The position numbers were made by a program, and so were the translations under genes. Below the pieces are notes generated by a model. The model did no database searches. It saw only the letters and a list, made by a program, of their open reading frames with translations, and was not told the DNA's origin. A stretch of DNA of 58,859 bases, counting the filler, from Circinaria calcarea (taxonomy: Eukaryota), in the NCBI GenBank assembly GCA_051942165.1. It is 5 parts of 5 records of this genome, joined end to end, with 100 filler letters (N's around TTAATTAATTAA, not from the genome) between each part and the next. Parts side by side here need not be neighbours in the genome. Positions count along the whole stretch, not along the records: positions 11,807 to 23,502 come from JAVECS010000658.1; positions 23,603 to 35,295 come from JAVECS010000659.1; 3 more parts are not named here. One strand, given 5' to 3'. The stretch's first letter is position 1. Each line of letters starts with the position of its first letter. Of the stretch, positions 16,419 to 28,100 are shown in pieces.

Positions 16419-17171
16419 TTAACGAGGTAAATTTGTCAGGTGGATGGCGCCCAGGAACTCACGGCGCTGTGCTCGAGCTGTGAGAGGGTAAATCTCAATT
16501 GTCATCGGAGATATGATAACGATGGGAGGGGAGCTTACTGTTGTGATCGATGATGTAGAGGCGGTCCGCGTTAAGGAAGACAATGGACAAGATGAAGAGG
16601 AGTCTGGGCTGGGGTTAGCTCATGTCTGGGAGGGGGCAAGAATCCACAGTGTGACAGGAGGCAAAGACATACGCCTCCAAAACGCACATTGCGGTGCTAA
16701 TGCGCCAGCTGAGGAATGGCGGTTCCTCGAACGTCTTGCGGAAATCCTTGCCCTTGGGAAGCCACATCAGGACGATGACTGTGACCCACAGTCCGATGAA
16801 GAGGATGTCGACAAAGATGCGAAAGGCATATCGGGCGTTGGTACCGAGACGCGTCCAGGGAGGGACTCCGGGCCTTTTGAGGTCACGGCTGTGTTGGAAA
16901 AAGTAGAGGAAGGTTAGGACGATGGTCAGGACAAAGGCGGTGACTGTAACGGAGAGAGTTATCAAATCATTCGATGGTAGAATTGGGCAGGGTGATACGC
17001 ACGGCCGACAATGTAGGTCAATTCGATGTTCAGCCACCAGCCCGGGCTCGAGTAGCCGTTCCACAGAAAGGCGAAGCAGGCACAGGAAACGAAGAGCTGG
17101 AGGACGCGTGTGAGGGAAAGCTTGGTGAATTTAGAGTTTACATTGGGCGAATCGAAGAAGGTGAAAGGCAT
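16419..17171 (-). CDS. Small four-TM (MARVEL-like) membrane protein, 4 exons
   Basis: Hydrophobic helices RVLQLFVSCACFAFLW, TAFVLTIVLTFLYF, IFVDILFIGLWVTVIVLM, ALLFILSIVFL; canonical GTGCGT/GTATGT/GTAAGC donors splice to a TAA at 16419. Confidence 0.65.
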
Positions 17172-17902
17172 GGTGATAGCTTCGGATTTGGATGAGGCTT
17201 CAAGTGGCTGTGGTTGAATGATGTCTGGAAGACGGGGGCCATGAAGATGCAGACGAGAGTGTTGACAGGAGACGAGATCCGAAGTGGCACCGTCGCTTTA
17301 ATGGAATAGATAGGGCATGGCCAACCGAGCTTCTTCCATTTTTTCACGTTGATAAGACAAGGGTAATGTATCACGGTCCACAACGATGCACCTCTAACCC
17401 TAATGTCCATAACCACATCATACCTGTCCTCTGCTGGAAGGAGGAGGAGACCTTTTCTCATCTTCATCCTTTGTGCCCATATCAGGGTATCTTTTGGTGA
17501 ACCCAGGCAACAATCGTCCCAAATGCGTCGTTACAGCAAGTAGCTGGGTACGCAGCCGGACTGCACTCTCTCAACGCTCTATTGGTTGGCAATCCTCTGG
17601 GACTTTGCCAGGAGACTTTTGTATATCTAGAGTTTGAGAGTATCTGCCAATGCAGCCGGACACCCGTAGTGCCAGCGATGAGGATGGTGCCTGTTCCTAC
17701 AAGTTCATAACTCAGGGGGAACTTGTCGATATCTACCCTGTCCTTTTCCGATAACGGGGCAATACATGAGTAAAATGGTATATAAGGTGGAAGTGGTGAT
17801 GGGTTGGTTACCCAAGGATTGATGTTAACTTTTTTCTCTTGGCAGGTCCCGACTTAGATTCGACCCTGCAGCCACAGGGCGCGAGCCTCACCCGTCAGCC
17901 TC

Positions 17903-18571
17903 TTGCCTCAGTGCCACCTCCGTAAACTCCGGAGGCCTCAGACTTCTTTCGTACTAGCTCCGCGTAAAAAAGGTTATTCCGATCCGATATTACATAACCC
18001 TTTTTTGAAAGAAGTCTGAGAGTTTCATCCACGGAATATATGGGACCTCGCGACATTTGTTAGCGATTTATATACAAAACCGCGCGACATCCCCGCGCGA
18101 CCAAAACATGATTTTTACTAATTATATGATCATTATGCATAATTAATTAAATCCGCTCTGACAATCTCTTCGAAATAATTATGGCTGTATATTAATTAAC
18201 TTTTTATTGAATTTGATCTGGTCGTTATTAAATAAAATAAGATAAACGTGTACAAAAAAAAGTAATTTTAATACGCCAACACTTCTAGAACCTCAACGCG
18301 AAACATTAATAAAAATTAGCTCTGACAGGTTATGGCTTTTGATAAGCTTTTAAATATGGCCTTTTCAGAATTCTAATACGCCGTGTTGTTATTGATTAAT
18401 TCGAAAAAATCACCTCTCACATAAAAATGTTGTTCCACTCACCAAAAAGGCTAGATGAAACCCTCAGACTGCGCTTCGCGCGCACGCTATTTTTAGCATC
18501 TACTAACTATATACAGCCATTCCGAAAAATACGCGGCAGCGAAGCAAAAGCAGTCTGAGTTTCTGAGACAA
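17903..18571. mobile_element. Non-autonomous TIR DNA transposon, copy 1 (669 bp), 9-bp TSD GTCAGCCTC
   Basis: TSD at 17894-17902 and 18572-18580; termini TTGCCTCAG / CTGAGACAA; both ends highly similar to 26384-27311; AT-rich interior. Confidence 0.9.
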
Positions 18572-19029
18572 GTCAGCCTCACCTTGTCTCTTGCCTTTGT
18601 CAGGACGTCACACGATCGACAATCCCATGGCAAAGGCTCCATGATTCGACAATTCCGCATCCTTTTCATCATGTACTGAGCGCAAGTTGAGTGGCGCCGA
18701 GAAATATCTTCGCATCAAGCGACGCTGTATCCTCAACAAAACTGGGATTTCATCTGTTCGTTGAAGTGGGTCAGTAGCCTTTGTCAGCGCCAGGAAGACA
18801 AATAGACATACATCTTGTCGAGCATCATCAGCTATTTGGAACTACAACTCACCACTTACTCCTGATCAACTGCGGTGGGGAATTTCATGACGTTGTTGAC
18901 GTTAAGACCATCAGCAGACCCGCTTGTTCAACATACCTAAAATACCTCCTCGTGTAGATACAAACACCCCTCTGGATCAGGTGCACTACAAAGGCGAGAG
19001 AGCTTTCCCCCTGACTGCTCAACCACGTG

Positions 19030-21210
19030 ATGGAGCAACGAAGTAGTAGAGGTCATCTACAATCGTCAGCTATGGACTCAGACGACGAAATATATGCGGC
19101 GAGCAGACTCCAGCTGGCACCTGTGACCGGCCGGCAGACCTCGCGGCGGAAAGATGCGATGCGGCATTCGCACCCAAAACCCCCGTTGACGCCGAACACT
19201 GGTGTCCCATCATCGATGTCGAATCCCCTCCTCCCTTCTGCGCCCGCTTCACCTCCCACGCCAGCACCATCGCCAACTCCACAATCGCGGACTCCCATGT
19301 GGAGGAGTCCAATCGAGGGCCACCATGACCCTCTAATACGGGACGCGAGTCTTGCTTTTGCCAGGATGAGCGTTCAAGCGAAGGAAGCTTGGCTGGCAGC
19401 AGTGGTGGATACCTTTGATAATCATCTTCTGAATTATGTCCACCAGCTCGTCAGCCCAAGGCTGAAGAAAGATCCTTTCCGGACACTGCCTAACGAGCTC
19501 TGTTTTAAGGTAGCTATATCTGCCTTGTTGATGATAACCGGCCACTAATTTTCAACAGATCCTAGAGTTTGTTGACGATCCGCGGACTTTTGTGCGCGCT
19601 TCCCAAGTTTCACGGAGATGGCGGGAGGTTCTAGGTGACGACCAAGCATGGAAGACATTGTGCGAGAAACATGCGTACCGGAGAATGTCGAGTGACTCTA
19701 ATCTAAATAGTCCATTTTCCGCTACAAACCCTTTCCACCTGGACCAGTCTCCACACTCCAAATTTCCAGAATGGAGCTCCGCGGCGTCTTCGATCAAGGG
19801 TTCTTCCTTGTCCCATAATACCTCAAGTCAACCAACATTTATGTATGCTGCGGAGCATGTTCGTAAACTTAAAAAACCCTGCCCAAAGTCTACCCATCGA
19901 TTACACTTCAAACATCGTTATTTAGTTGAATCGGCATGGAGGAAGGGTGGTAGAATGACGGCCAGACACATTGCCCCAGAACAAGGAGTCGTTACGAGTC
20001 TACACTTGACCAAAAGGTATATCATTGTAGCGCTGGATAACGCAAAGATTCACATTTTCAACACCAAAGGAGACCATCAAAGAACATTGCAGGGTCATGT
20101 CATGGGCGTATGGGCAATGGTCCCTTGGGAGGATACGCTCGTTAGTGGGGGCTGTGATCGCGACGTGAGGGTATGGAATATGGCTACGGGGTATGCTTCC
20201 CAGCACTCAAAATCTTACACTGTTTTATATCTATTAACCCATTTCATAGTGAGAGCGTTCATACGTTACGGGGTCATACATCTACAGTCCGCTGTCTGAA
20301 AATGTCGAATTCTAGAACTGCCATCTCTGGCTCACGGGATACCACTCTCCGAGTATGGGACATTTCTACCGGAACTTGCACTGCTGTCTTAATGGGTCAT
20401 CAAGCCAGTGTACGATGCCTCGAGATTCATGGAGACTTGGTTGTGTCCGGGAGCTATGATACCACGGCAAAAATCTGGAGCATCTCAAGTGGGCAGTGCT
20501 TAAAGACTTTATGCGGTCATTTTAGCCAGATCTACGCGATTGCCTTTGATGGGGTTAGGATTGCGACTGGGAGTCTGGATACTAGTGTTAGGATTTGGGA
20601 TCCTGTTGACGGGTATGCCTACCCGTCCCCTGCCTACACCGTTGACTAATTTCTGGTATCACAACTCATGCTGACCACGCTATCCAGATCACCTAAAGCT
20701 ATCCTTCAGGGCCACACATCTCTTGTCGGCCAACTTCAGATGCGAGGTTCGACCCTGGTCTCTGGAGGCTCGGACGGTAGCGTCCGGGTGTGGTCCCTTT
20801 CTGATTATTCGCCGATTCACCGTCTCGCTGCACATGACAATAGCGTCACGTCCCTACAGTTTGACGACACGCGTATCGTTAGTGGCGGTAGCGATGGTAG
20901 AGTCAAAATCTGGGATTTGAAGACGGGGGTACTGATTAGGGAATTGATTCAACCGGCAGAAGCGGTGTGGAGAGTGGCATTTGAGGAAGAGAGGAGTGTG
21001 GTGCTAGCCACCCGGGCAGCCAAGACGGTCATGGAAGTTTGGGATTTTGCACCGCCGAAGGATGGTCAGGAGGATGCGGACATGGGCGGGGTTGAGAGAT
21101 TAGGCCTTGAGCCAATACGACATGATGAGGAAAACATCGACATGGTCGATGCTTATACGTTGACGAGGAGTGACGAGGAAAGAGAAGGGAGCGCATCAAT
21201 GGTTGAATAA
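19030..21210 (+). CDS. F-box/WD40 repeat protein (Cdc4/Fbw7-like SCF substrate adaptor), 4 exons; exact start uncertain
   Basis: F-box DPFRTLPNELCFK|ILEFVDDPRTFVRASQVSRRW; multiple GH...WD repeats (LQGHVMGVWAM, LRGHTSTVRCL, LAAHDNSVTSLQFD). Confidence 0.93.
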
Positions 21211-21779
21211 GGCTGGTCTTGGGACCAGTCAAAGGGTAGATCTGGCGTCTTGGGCTCTGCAGGCAGTTACACGATATGCATCGGCCGGTTGGAGCCCGCT
21301 GGCATGTCCGACCAGTTCCTCGGACAGAATTACGGAGCAGGGAATGGTTTCAGTGTACCTAGAGCAGGATTGGTATTATGACTCTCAACGTTTTATTGGA
21401 GGCTTGTTCGTTTTTGGTAATTACTATGATTGCAACAGTATAGAAGCAATTCCCCTTTTTATCATTTGCTGAAATCCCCATACCATGTGCAGTTCAAAGG
21501 TTACATGCAATTCTGATCAGTGGTATCAGAATAGCTTACACCAGATCAACCAATCAGTAGTACTTAGTCCGCCGGTAAGCGGCCCAAGTCAGAAATAAAG
21601 AAAATATCTTGGGACCACCAGCAAAGGGGATTTGAGCTAGTACTCTGGGACCTGTTATATTTCGGGGCATGCGGCTTTTTTTGGGGGGTAGGGGGTAATA
21701 ATCAGTACAGGTTGAGCTCAGCCGGGACGGTCGGTTTAATTTGATTTGAAGTGCGCAGACGATCGATCGGGGTTTCTCT

Positions 21780-22391
21780 AGCTTATGGTACGCCCTTGTG
21801 GGGGAAACACAGATTCCCTATACCTATACAACGGTCGAGTTTGCGGCTTGTGAAACGGAAACGAGTGGTAGACTTTGATCTATAAGCAATCATGAGGACT
21901 ATGGTAAAGGAAAAGCTGTAGTGAGCTAGAGCAAAACCGGGGTGGGTTGGCTGTGCAGCCGTCAGCCGTCCAGCGGATGTAATGTTAGCAAATTGAACGC
22001 TGAGCGGCAGCGTAAGCCTTCCCCCCTCCTCTTTTCTCTTTCTTTTCTCTCCGCCTTGTCAGGATATGGCTGAATGCGAGAAATGCAGCGGACGAGAGCG
22101 CGGGCCGAGTTATGGGTTGGATTTATACCAGGATTGGATTCAGGGGCCTATGGAATGGGCTTCCTGTGAGGATTGTTATGGTTGGAACGCTCACCGTAGT
22201 TCCATGGCTCTTTGGCTACATATTGCAACGCGTTTACAGGTATGGACTGACGCTTTCTAACATCAGGCATTTTAACGGCTCATTTACGACAGCTTCAAAG
22301 GTCGGAATATTTCATTTTCCACCTGCATCCGCAGCCCTAGTTTAATATCGATCAGTGGCCCTAGGTGTTTCCCACGACCGGTGGGCATTGA
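21780..22391 (+). pseudogene. Decayed C-terminal half of a mitochondrial phosphate carrier (Mir1/Pic2 family)
   Basis: Recognisable but frameshifted motifs: PLWG..QIPYT, AVSxPADVM.SKLNAER, YTRIGFRGLWNGLPVRIVMVGTLT, LIYDSFK, PTTGGH*; intron remnants; no 5' half. Confidence 0.8.
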
Positions 22392-23211
22392 ATGAATTGC
22401 CCAAGGCTCCCCGTAATGAATACCTCTTCGCACAACTGGACCAAGCCTATCCACAAGGCATTCATGTATAGAGAGCAGCCCCGGGATCTTGCCGACGAGG
22501 CTAATGGGGGCCTGCCTTACGTGTCTCCAAATGGCGTCCATGGATTGTGTGGAAGTTGAAGATAAAAATGGTTACAAAAGCAGTTCAGCACGGAATAGGT
22601 CCTTGATATAAGCTCAATCAAGCTCCACCATGAGAACTACTCCATGGGAGTTTCGAATCGTTCATCTAGATATTAGCTTGGCGGTCTCTTCGCTTGTACC
22701 ACGCGAACCGAATTCGAGTTCAGAGAGCAGGCTTGAGTTTTTGGGAGGGGAGGGGAAGTTATATGCTAGAGACGAGGGGATTGGCAATGAAATAGGGATA
22801 GCAACGGTGATGGGATTACGGCTGAAGTAGGATTGGAGAGGATTATCCAGGGGGGAAAACAATCGGTACACGAGTCACTTTGATGTTCTAGATGTTTGGT
22901 TGGAGAAGTTAGAGATTGCTTCGGATCGGAGGTTTCTGGTTCGGATCAGTGATTGGAGGTAGGTGAGATGTTGTTTCGGCAATGTTACTTGTAGTAGCTA
23001 GCATTCAGGTACGTGACTTCGGCTGTGTCACGCTAAAAGCCAAGATGCATGGACCGGGGTGAAGATCTCCCACGAGCTTTCGGATGTTTCCAAGCCGAGG
23101 GGGCAACCCAGAGGACATATAAACACAGGATGTGACTCTGACTCGTGGGAATTTCTTTAGATACCGACTCCATCGAGCGCGTGTTGTAGGTTGCACAGTA
23201 ACGCAGCTGCA

Positions 23212-23502
23212 ATGGATTCGATTTCGGAAGCGTCCCAGACCTTCTCCCTTCCTACTGTTCTCCGCGTCTCCGCATACACTACCTTCTCTGCCGTCCTACT
23301 CCTCCTCTTCTTTTACTATCGCCCGCCCTTTCCCTCCAAGGCGCCGAAACTGATCAATGAAAATTATCCCATCCTGGGCGCCATCCGCTTCTTTTACGCC
23401 CGATGGGACTTTTTCAAGGATGCCCGGACGGAGACCGATACAGGCAATTTCAGCTTCCACATTGGAAAGCATCCAGTCGTGGGCATGTCGGGTGATATTG
23501 GC
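23212..23502 (+). CDS. Probable cytochrome P450 N-terminus, truncated by contig end
   Basis: TM anchor followed by RPPFPSKAP..YPILGAIRFF..GNFSFHIGKHPVVGMSG, typical of P450 N-termini; no heme motif in window. Confidence 0.65.
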
Positions 23503-23602
23503 NNNNNNNNNNNNNNNNNNNNNNNNNNNNNNNNNNNNNNNNNNNNTTAATTAATTAANNNNNNNNNNNNNNNNNNNNNNNNNNNNNNNNNNNNNNNNNN
23601 NN
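23503..23602. other. Artificial contig linker
   Basis: N44-TTAATTAATTAA-N44. Confidence 0.98.
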
Positions 23603-24495
23603 ATCAGAAGAAGAGATAACATCAATGCCAGGCATCCAATCCACGCAATACCAATCACACTGAACCACCGGCAAAGGCTCCAAAAGGACCTCCACTTTGC
23701 CGTCGTTAGCTGCTCGACCGACAGTTCCACTTGCATCATATTAAGGACCACGGACAAGATGCCAAATATGAAGAGGAAGGGACCGTAGAAGCGTGAAAAG
23801 TAAGCTGCATACTGACTGTGCACATCCTGAAACTGGAATTTGTAAAGGAAGATTTTGGCGTAGAAATTTAGCCTCGTTAATCTCAACTCGCCAAAGGCAT
23901 ATCGGCTAGAAACGTCTACATCCTCGATGCTATCGAATTGGGAGGTAAAGTCGGAGAATTGCGTCCAATCAACTTGGATAGGGATCAGGCGCAGTCGGTC
24001 GTCCCGAGCAATATGGAAGTCGGATTCGTGTTTGATGAGGTGATAATAAGTCCGGAGATATCCCAAAGCTGATCTTCTGATAATTTCTTGTTGGCAGCCT
24101 AAAGGCGACTTATCATTCAGTAAGTAGTGCGTCCAGAAATGATGGGAGAAGAGGTATCTCGGGATCGGTTTTATGAAGATCCTATCGTGAATCCAGACCA
24201 GATGTAAACGTGGATCCTCGGTAACGACGATTTCACGGCCCCGAACTTTCTCATGATGCAAAGGGAAGATGTTCGCACTAGACTGGGTCGACATCATCCA
24301 CAAACGGGGCGCCATCTTCTCCAAGTCTGGCGCGCAAAACTCCCGCTCTAGGAAATCGGTAAGATGCGGCAGATCATTCAGCTGGATACGGGGGTGGCCG
24401 GGTAGGGATGAGAGGTTCGAAGACTTCGGTTCCTGGCCAGACGTGGTTTCAAAGTCGTGGTTAAGCTGCGATGCCCTCGAAAATGGGCTACGCAT
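23603..24495 (-). CDS. DUF6601-like fungal membrane protein (3' truncated)
   Basis: Intronless ORF with PLHHEKVRGREIVVTEDPRLHLVW..RIFIKPIPRYL, LIKHESDFHIA, RYAFGELRLTRLN and C-terminal TM helices. Confidence 0.75.
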
Positions 24496-25131
24496 TATGT
24501 CTGCCTCGATCCCTTCCGGGGCATGATAACATAGACAGAACCCCAATGGAAATCCGAGAGATTGTGAGCGCGTCCTGAGACGAAGTTACGACGCTGTGTG
24601 ACCTATTATAGAGTTCTAGGTAGTGGAGCATCTTACAGCCTCGTGCCACACCCTTGTCCAACGTCAAAGAGCACTAACGTGGGAGTCGGGCAACCTGCAG
24701 GCTGCAGGGGGTTCTCTCGTTGCCTTCTTGTCTTAACCGTGCTCCGATTGGGAAACAATAGAATGAGACTGCGAGGCACGGTTATATGAAGTACCAGTAG
24801 GCAGCAAAGGGGCAGGTTCTCATGAAACTGATAGCAGGCATAAATGCACGAAGTGGTAGGGGCCAGTGAAACAATTCATTGGCACAGCTCTGATTTTATT
24901 CCCCTTTCCTTTCCCATCGTTTCTCCATCATTCTCCCCTCCTGTCACTCTTTTCTCCTTCATCTCTCTTTTTGATTGCTATCCTTAACCCGATCAAAATC
25001 AAGAGAACCTTAAGTCCATGGCACTGCTGATCGGTAACACGGTCCTCTCCTTGGCTCTGGCTATTGCTTGCAGGTGGCTCTCTTTCCTGCACTGAAGGTT
25101 TCCGAGTGTACCTGTTGTTAGAATTATCACA

Positions 25132-28100
25132 ATGGCAGAGTCCAGTGTGAGACAACCACCAGAAATCCAATCTTGGCAATTAGGGATCAAGGTCTACTAT
25201 GAGCCAACTGAATTGCCGGACGTGGAGTAAGTCTGCCATCTCCGCAATAGTAACGCTATTGATGACAACTGGTACATAATAGTTTAGTGGTGGTACACGG
25301 CCTCGGAGCAAACCCTGACAGTACATGGGAGTACAGACACAGCGATGAGCGTATCACCAACTGGTTACAAGACCAGCATATGCTCCCTAGTTATGTACAG
25401 AAGGCGCGTATAATGCGGTTTGGGTATGACTCTCGATGGTACGGGAACAAGGCTGTTTTGACAAGACTGTCGCCGGTGTCGGAAGATCTTTTGCTAGGAC
25501 TGAAGCGTGAGAGAAAGGTATGCCTTGACTCTATAAAGAACTTACCGTTCTTAGGAGATACTGACGATTGAAGACTTGTCAGAGAAGACCCCTTCTGTTC
25601 CTAGGTCACTGCTGGGGCGGCCTTGTAGTCTTTAAGGTAAGTCCAGCCATTAAATTTCAATCGGTTGCTGGATTAATAAGTATCAGGCTTTGCTTCTGGC
25701 GCAGAGCCAGGAGCACCGATACGAAGGCATATTCAAGTCCTGCTTTGACGTGGTCTCCATGGGTACTCCGTACCATGGTACGAGCGATGGATCCTCGATA
25801 CGTTCCGTTTACGCTGCCATTGCCGCAGCTTTCCCAGAGAACTAGATAGAGAACAGTATAATACGCACACTGAATCGTAGCAATGATACTCTCATGGATG
25901 TCGTCAACGGCTTCTTGGGACTTTGCGGGACCAAAGGTCCAGCACAGCACATGACCCTGCAGTGTTTCTATGAGAGACAGCCAACCAAAGTTGGATGGAT
26001 GATCGACAACGAAGAACTACCCAAGGTTGCTAAGCCCTATTATAGCTTTGCACTAGGTGAACGGCGATAGCTAACATGCGGTAGGAATTTATGGTCGATG
26101 AAACCTCTGGCACCCTTCCCGGACGAATGAATCATGGGTTGACGCTCGATCATTTCAGCTTGAAAAAATTCCCAGGCCCAGAGGATGGTAATTTCATTGC
26201 CGTTGCCACCGTCATAAAGGAACTCATCGAAAACGCGGTTGACGATGCTACAATGATACGAAAAGAGTAAATTCCCTAGTCATGAGGCCAGTTCGTATTT
26301 CACCTGAGTGATTCTAATTGAGACGGTGATCACAGTGCGACTAGAGGGAATGCTGACTCTCTTCAAATCATAGGACGGTTTCGTTGCCTCAGTGCCACCT
26401 CCGGAGGCCTCGGACTTCTTTCGTACTAGCTCCGCGTAAAAAGAGTTTTCCGATCCGATATTATGTAACCCTTTTTCGAGAGAAGTCTGAGAGTTTCATC
26501 CACAGAATATATGGGACCTCGCGACATTTGAATAAGAGAAAATCTAGGTTTTTTCACGCTGATTTACATACCAAATCCCCTGCGCATTATTAAAAGAGTT
26601 CGCTCTAATAGATTTTAATATAGTATTCGCTCTAGAAAACAGCTTCTTTATATTCTTTATTAACAGCGTTGAATATGAGTAGTAGTGTAAGGATCCTCTA
26701 CGAATAGTATGATGATCTTACGAATAAGGGTCGGTAAACTGTGTGATCATGAGCTCAATGGGTTCGCATAGCGTATGAATTATTGCTAAAGAATTCTGGT
26801 GTAACGCTTCGCGAGGAAAACCTTTCTCGTTAAGTTAGTACCTCGTGACCTCGGTGTATAGTTCATCCGTAGGGTTCGTAGGGGTTCTCGGGTAGAGCCT
26901 TGACAAGTAGGCTATTAAAAAAAGGCGAGTTTTTTACGAAAAAGTCGTGTGTAACGCGATATGAAATGAGACTTCGTCGTTTTTTTATCGATTTCATAGC
27001 CATTTCAACGTGCTTAATCTATATTATAAAATTAACGAAATATTTTAAAAAATAATTCGCTCTGATAAGTTCTAGCTTTTATTAAGCTGCTTAATATAAC
27101 CTTTTCAGAATTCCAATACGCTGCGTTGTTGTCGATTAATTCGAAAAAATCATCTCTCATACAAAAATGTTGTTCTCCTCACCAAAAAGGCTGGATGAAA
27201 CCCTCAGACTGCGCTTCGCGCGCACGCTATTTCTAGCATCAACTAACTATATATGGACATTCCAAAAAATACGCGGCAGCGAAGCAGAAGCAGTCTGAAT
27301 TTCTGAGACAACGGTTTCGGAAGAGCCTCGAGATAATCTTCGGGCCATCATGGGCGCGACCCAGATGGAGACTTCTATTGGCAGTCCTCATAGTCCTCAT
27401 AGTCATAGTTCCTACAACGGTGCTTCCGGTTCATTTGCTGGCGCATGGCCGACATGAAATTGCTACTGTCGCTTCGAGGTGAGATTCAGAACTCCCTGTG
27501 CAGGCTGGTAATAGGTTTTGACTGGTAAAAACGCCCAACCTTAGCCAATCCACGTCGCTCTCAGGTTCTTCCGCCACATTGTCAAAACTATCAGAGGCGA
27601 CATCCAATGTTTCTGACCATCCCTCAATTCCTTCTGCGGAGCTCTTGAATTCAACTTCTTCTCCGCCCAAGCCAACATCCTTGTATTTCTCGACCTCTTC
27701 AGTATCACCATCTCTTAGTGCAGCGTTGTCTTCCCAATCGTCCTCTATTGTTCCGGCTCCGGAGGCCATGCCTATCTCTTCTGATCCATCGATTCGTACT
27801 GTAGCTCCAGCAACTACCACAAGTCCAGCAAGATCTGATGTCACATCGACATTCCTAACATCAACGTTTGGCTCACCGTCAAAGACAGCCAGCGCTTCAC
27901 CAGCATCACCGACGCCTACTGCAACCCCAACTTCCTCAGAAGTCGTAAGTGCTGCATCGACGCCGTGTACTTGGGGCTGCTTGGGATGGGCGTGTACAGA
28001 CCTCAACGATTGCGCGGACCCGTATCCTTGTGTAAACAAAATTTGTGGCGCTACAACCGTCTCTTCCACCGCACCAGCAACATCGGCACCATGTAACTGG

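Noticed and set aside
22284..22985. Two same-frame minus-strand ORFs as a second pseudogene
   Set aside because: Three stops in the ~40 codons between them and no recognisable motif; cannot be supported without a homology search
11807..24495. Two P450s plus DUF6601 as a secondary-metabolite cluster
   Set aside because: No PKS/NRPS/terpene synthase; the P450s are separated by housekeeping genes and DUF6601 is on another contig
25843..25845. In-frame TAG as an A-to-I editing or readthrough site
   Set aside because: The same gene also carries a transposon insertion, so simple pseudogenisation (C>T) is more parsimonious; no RNA evidence available
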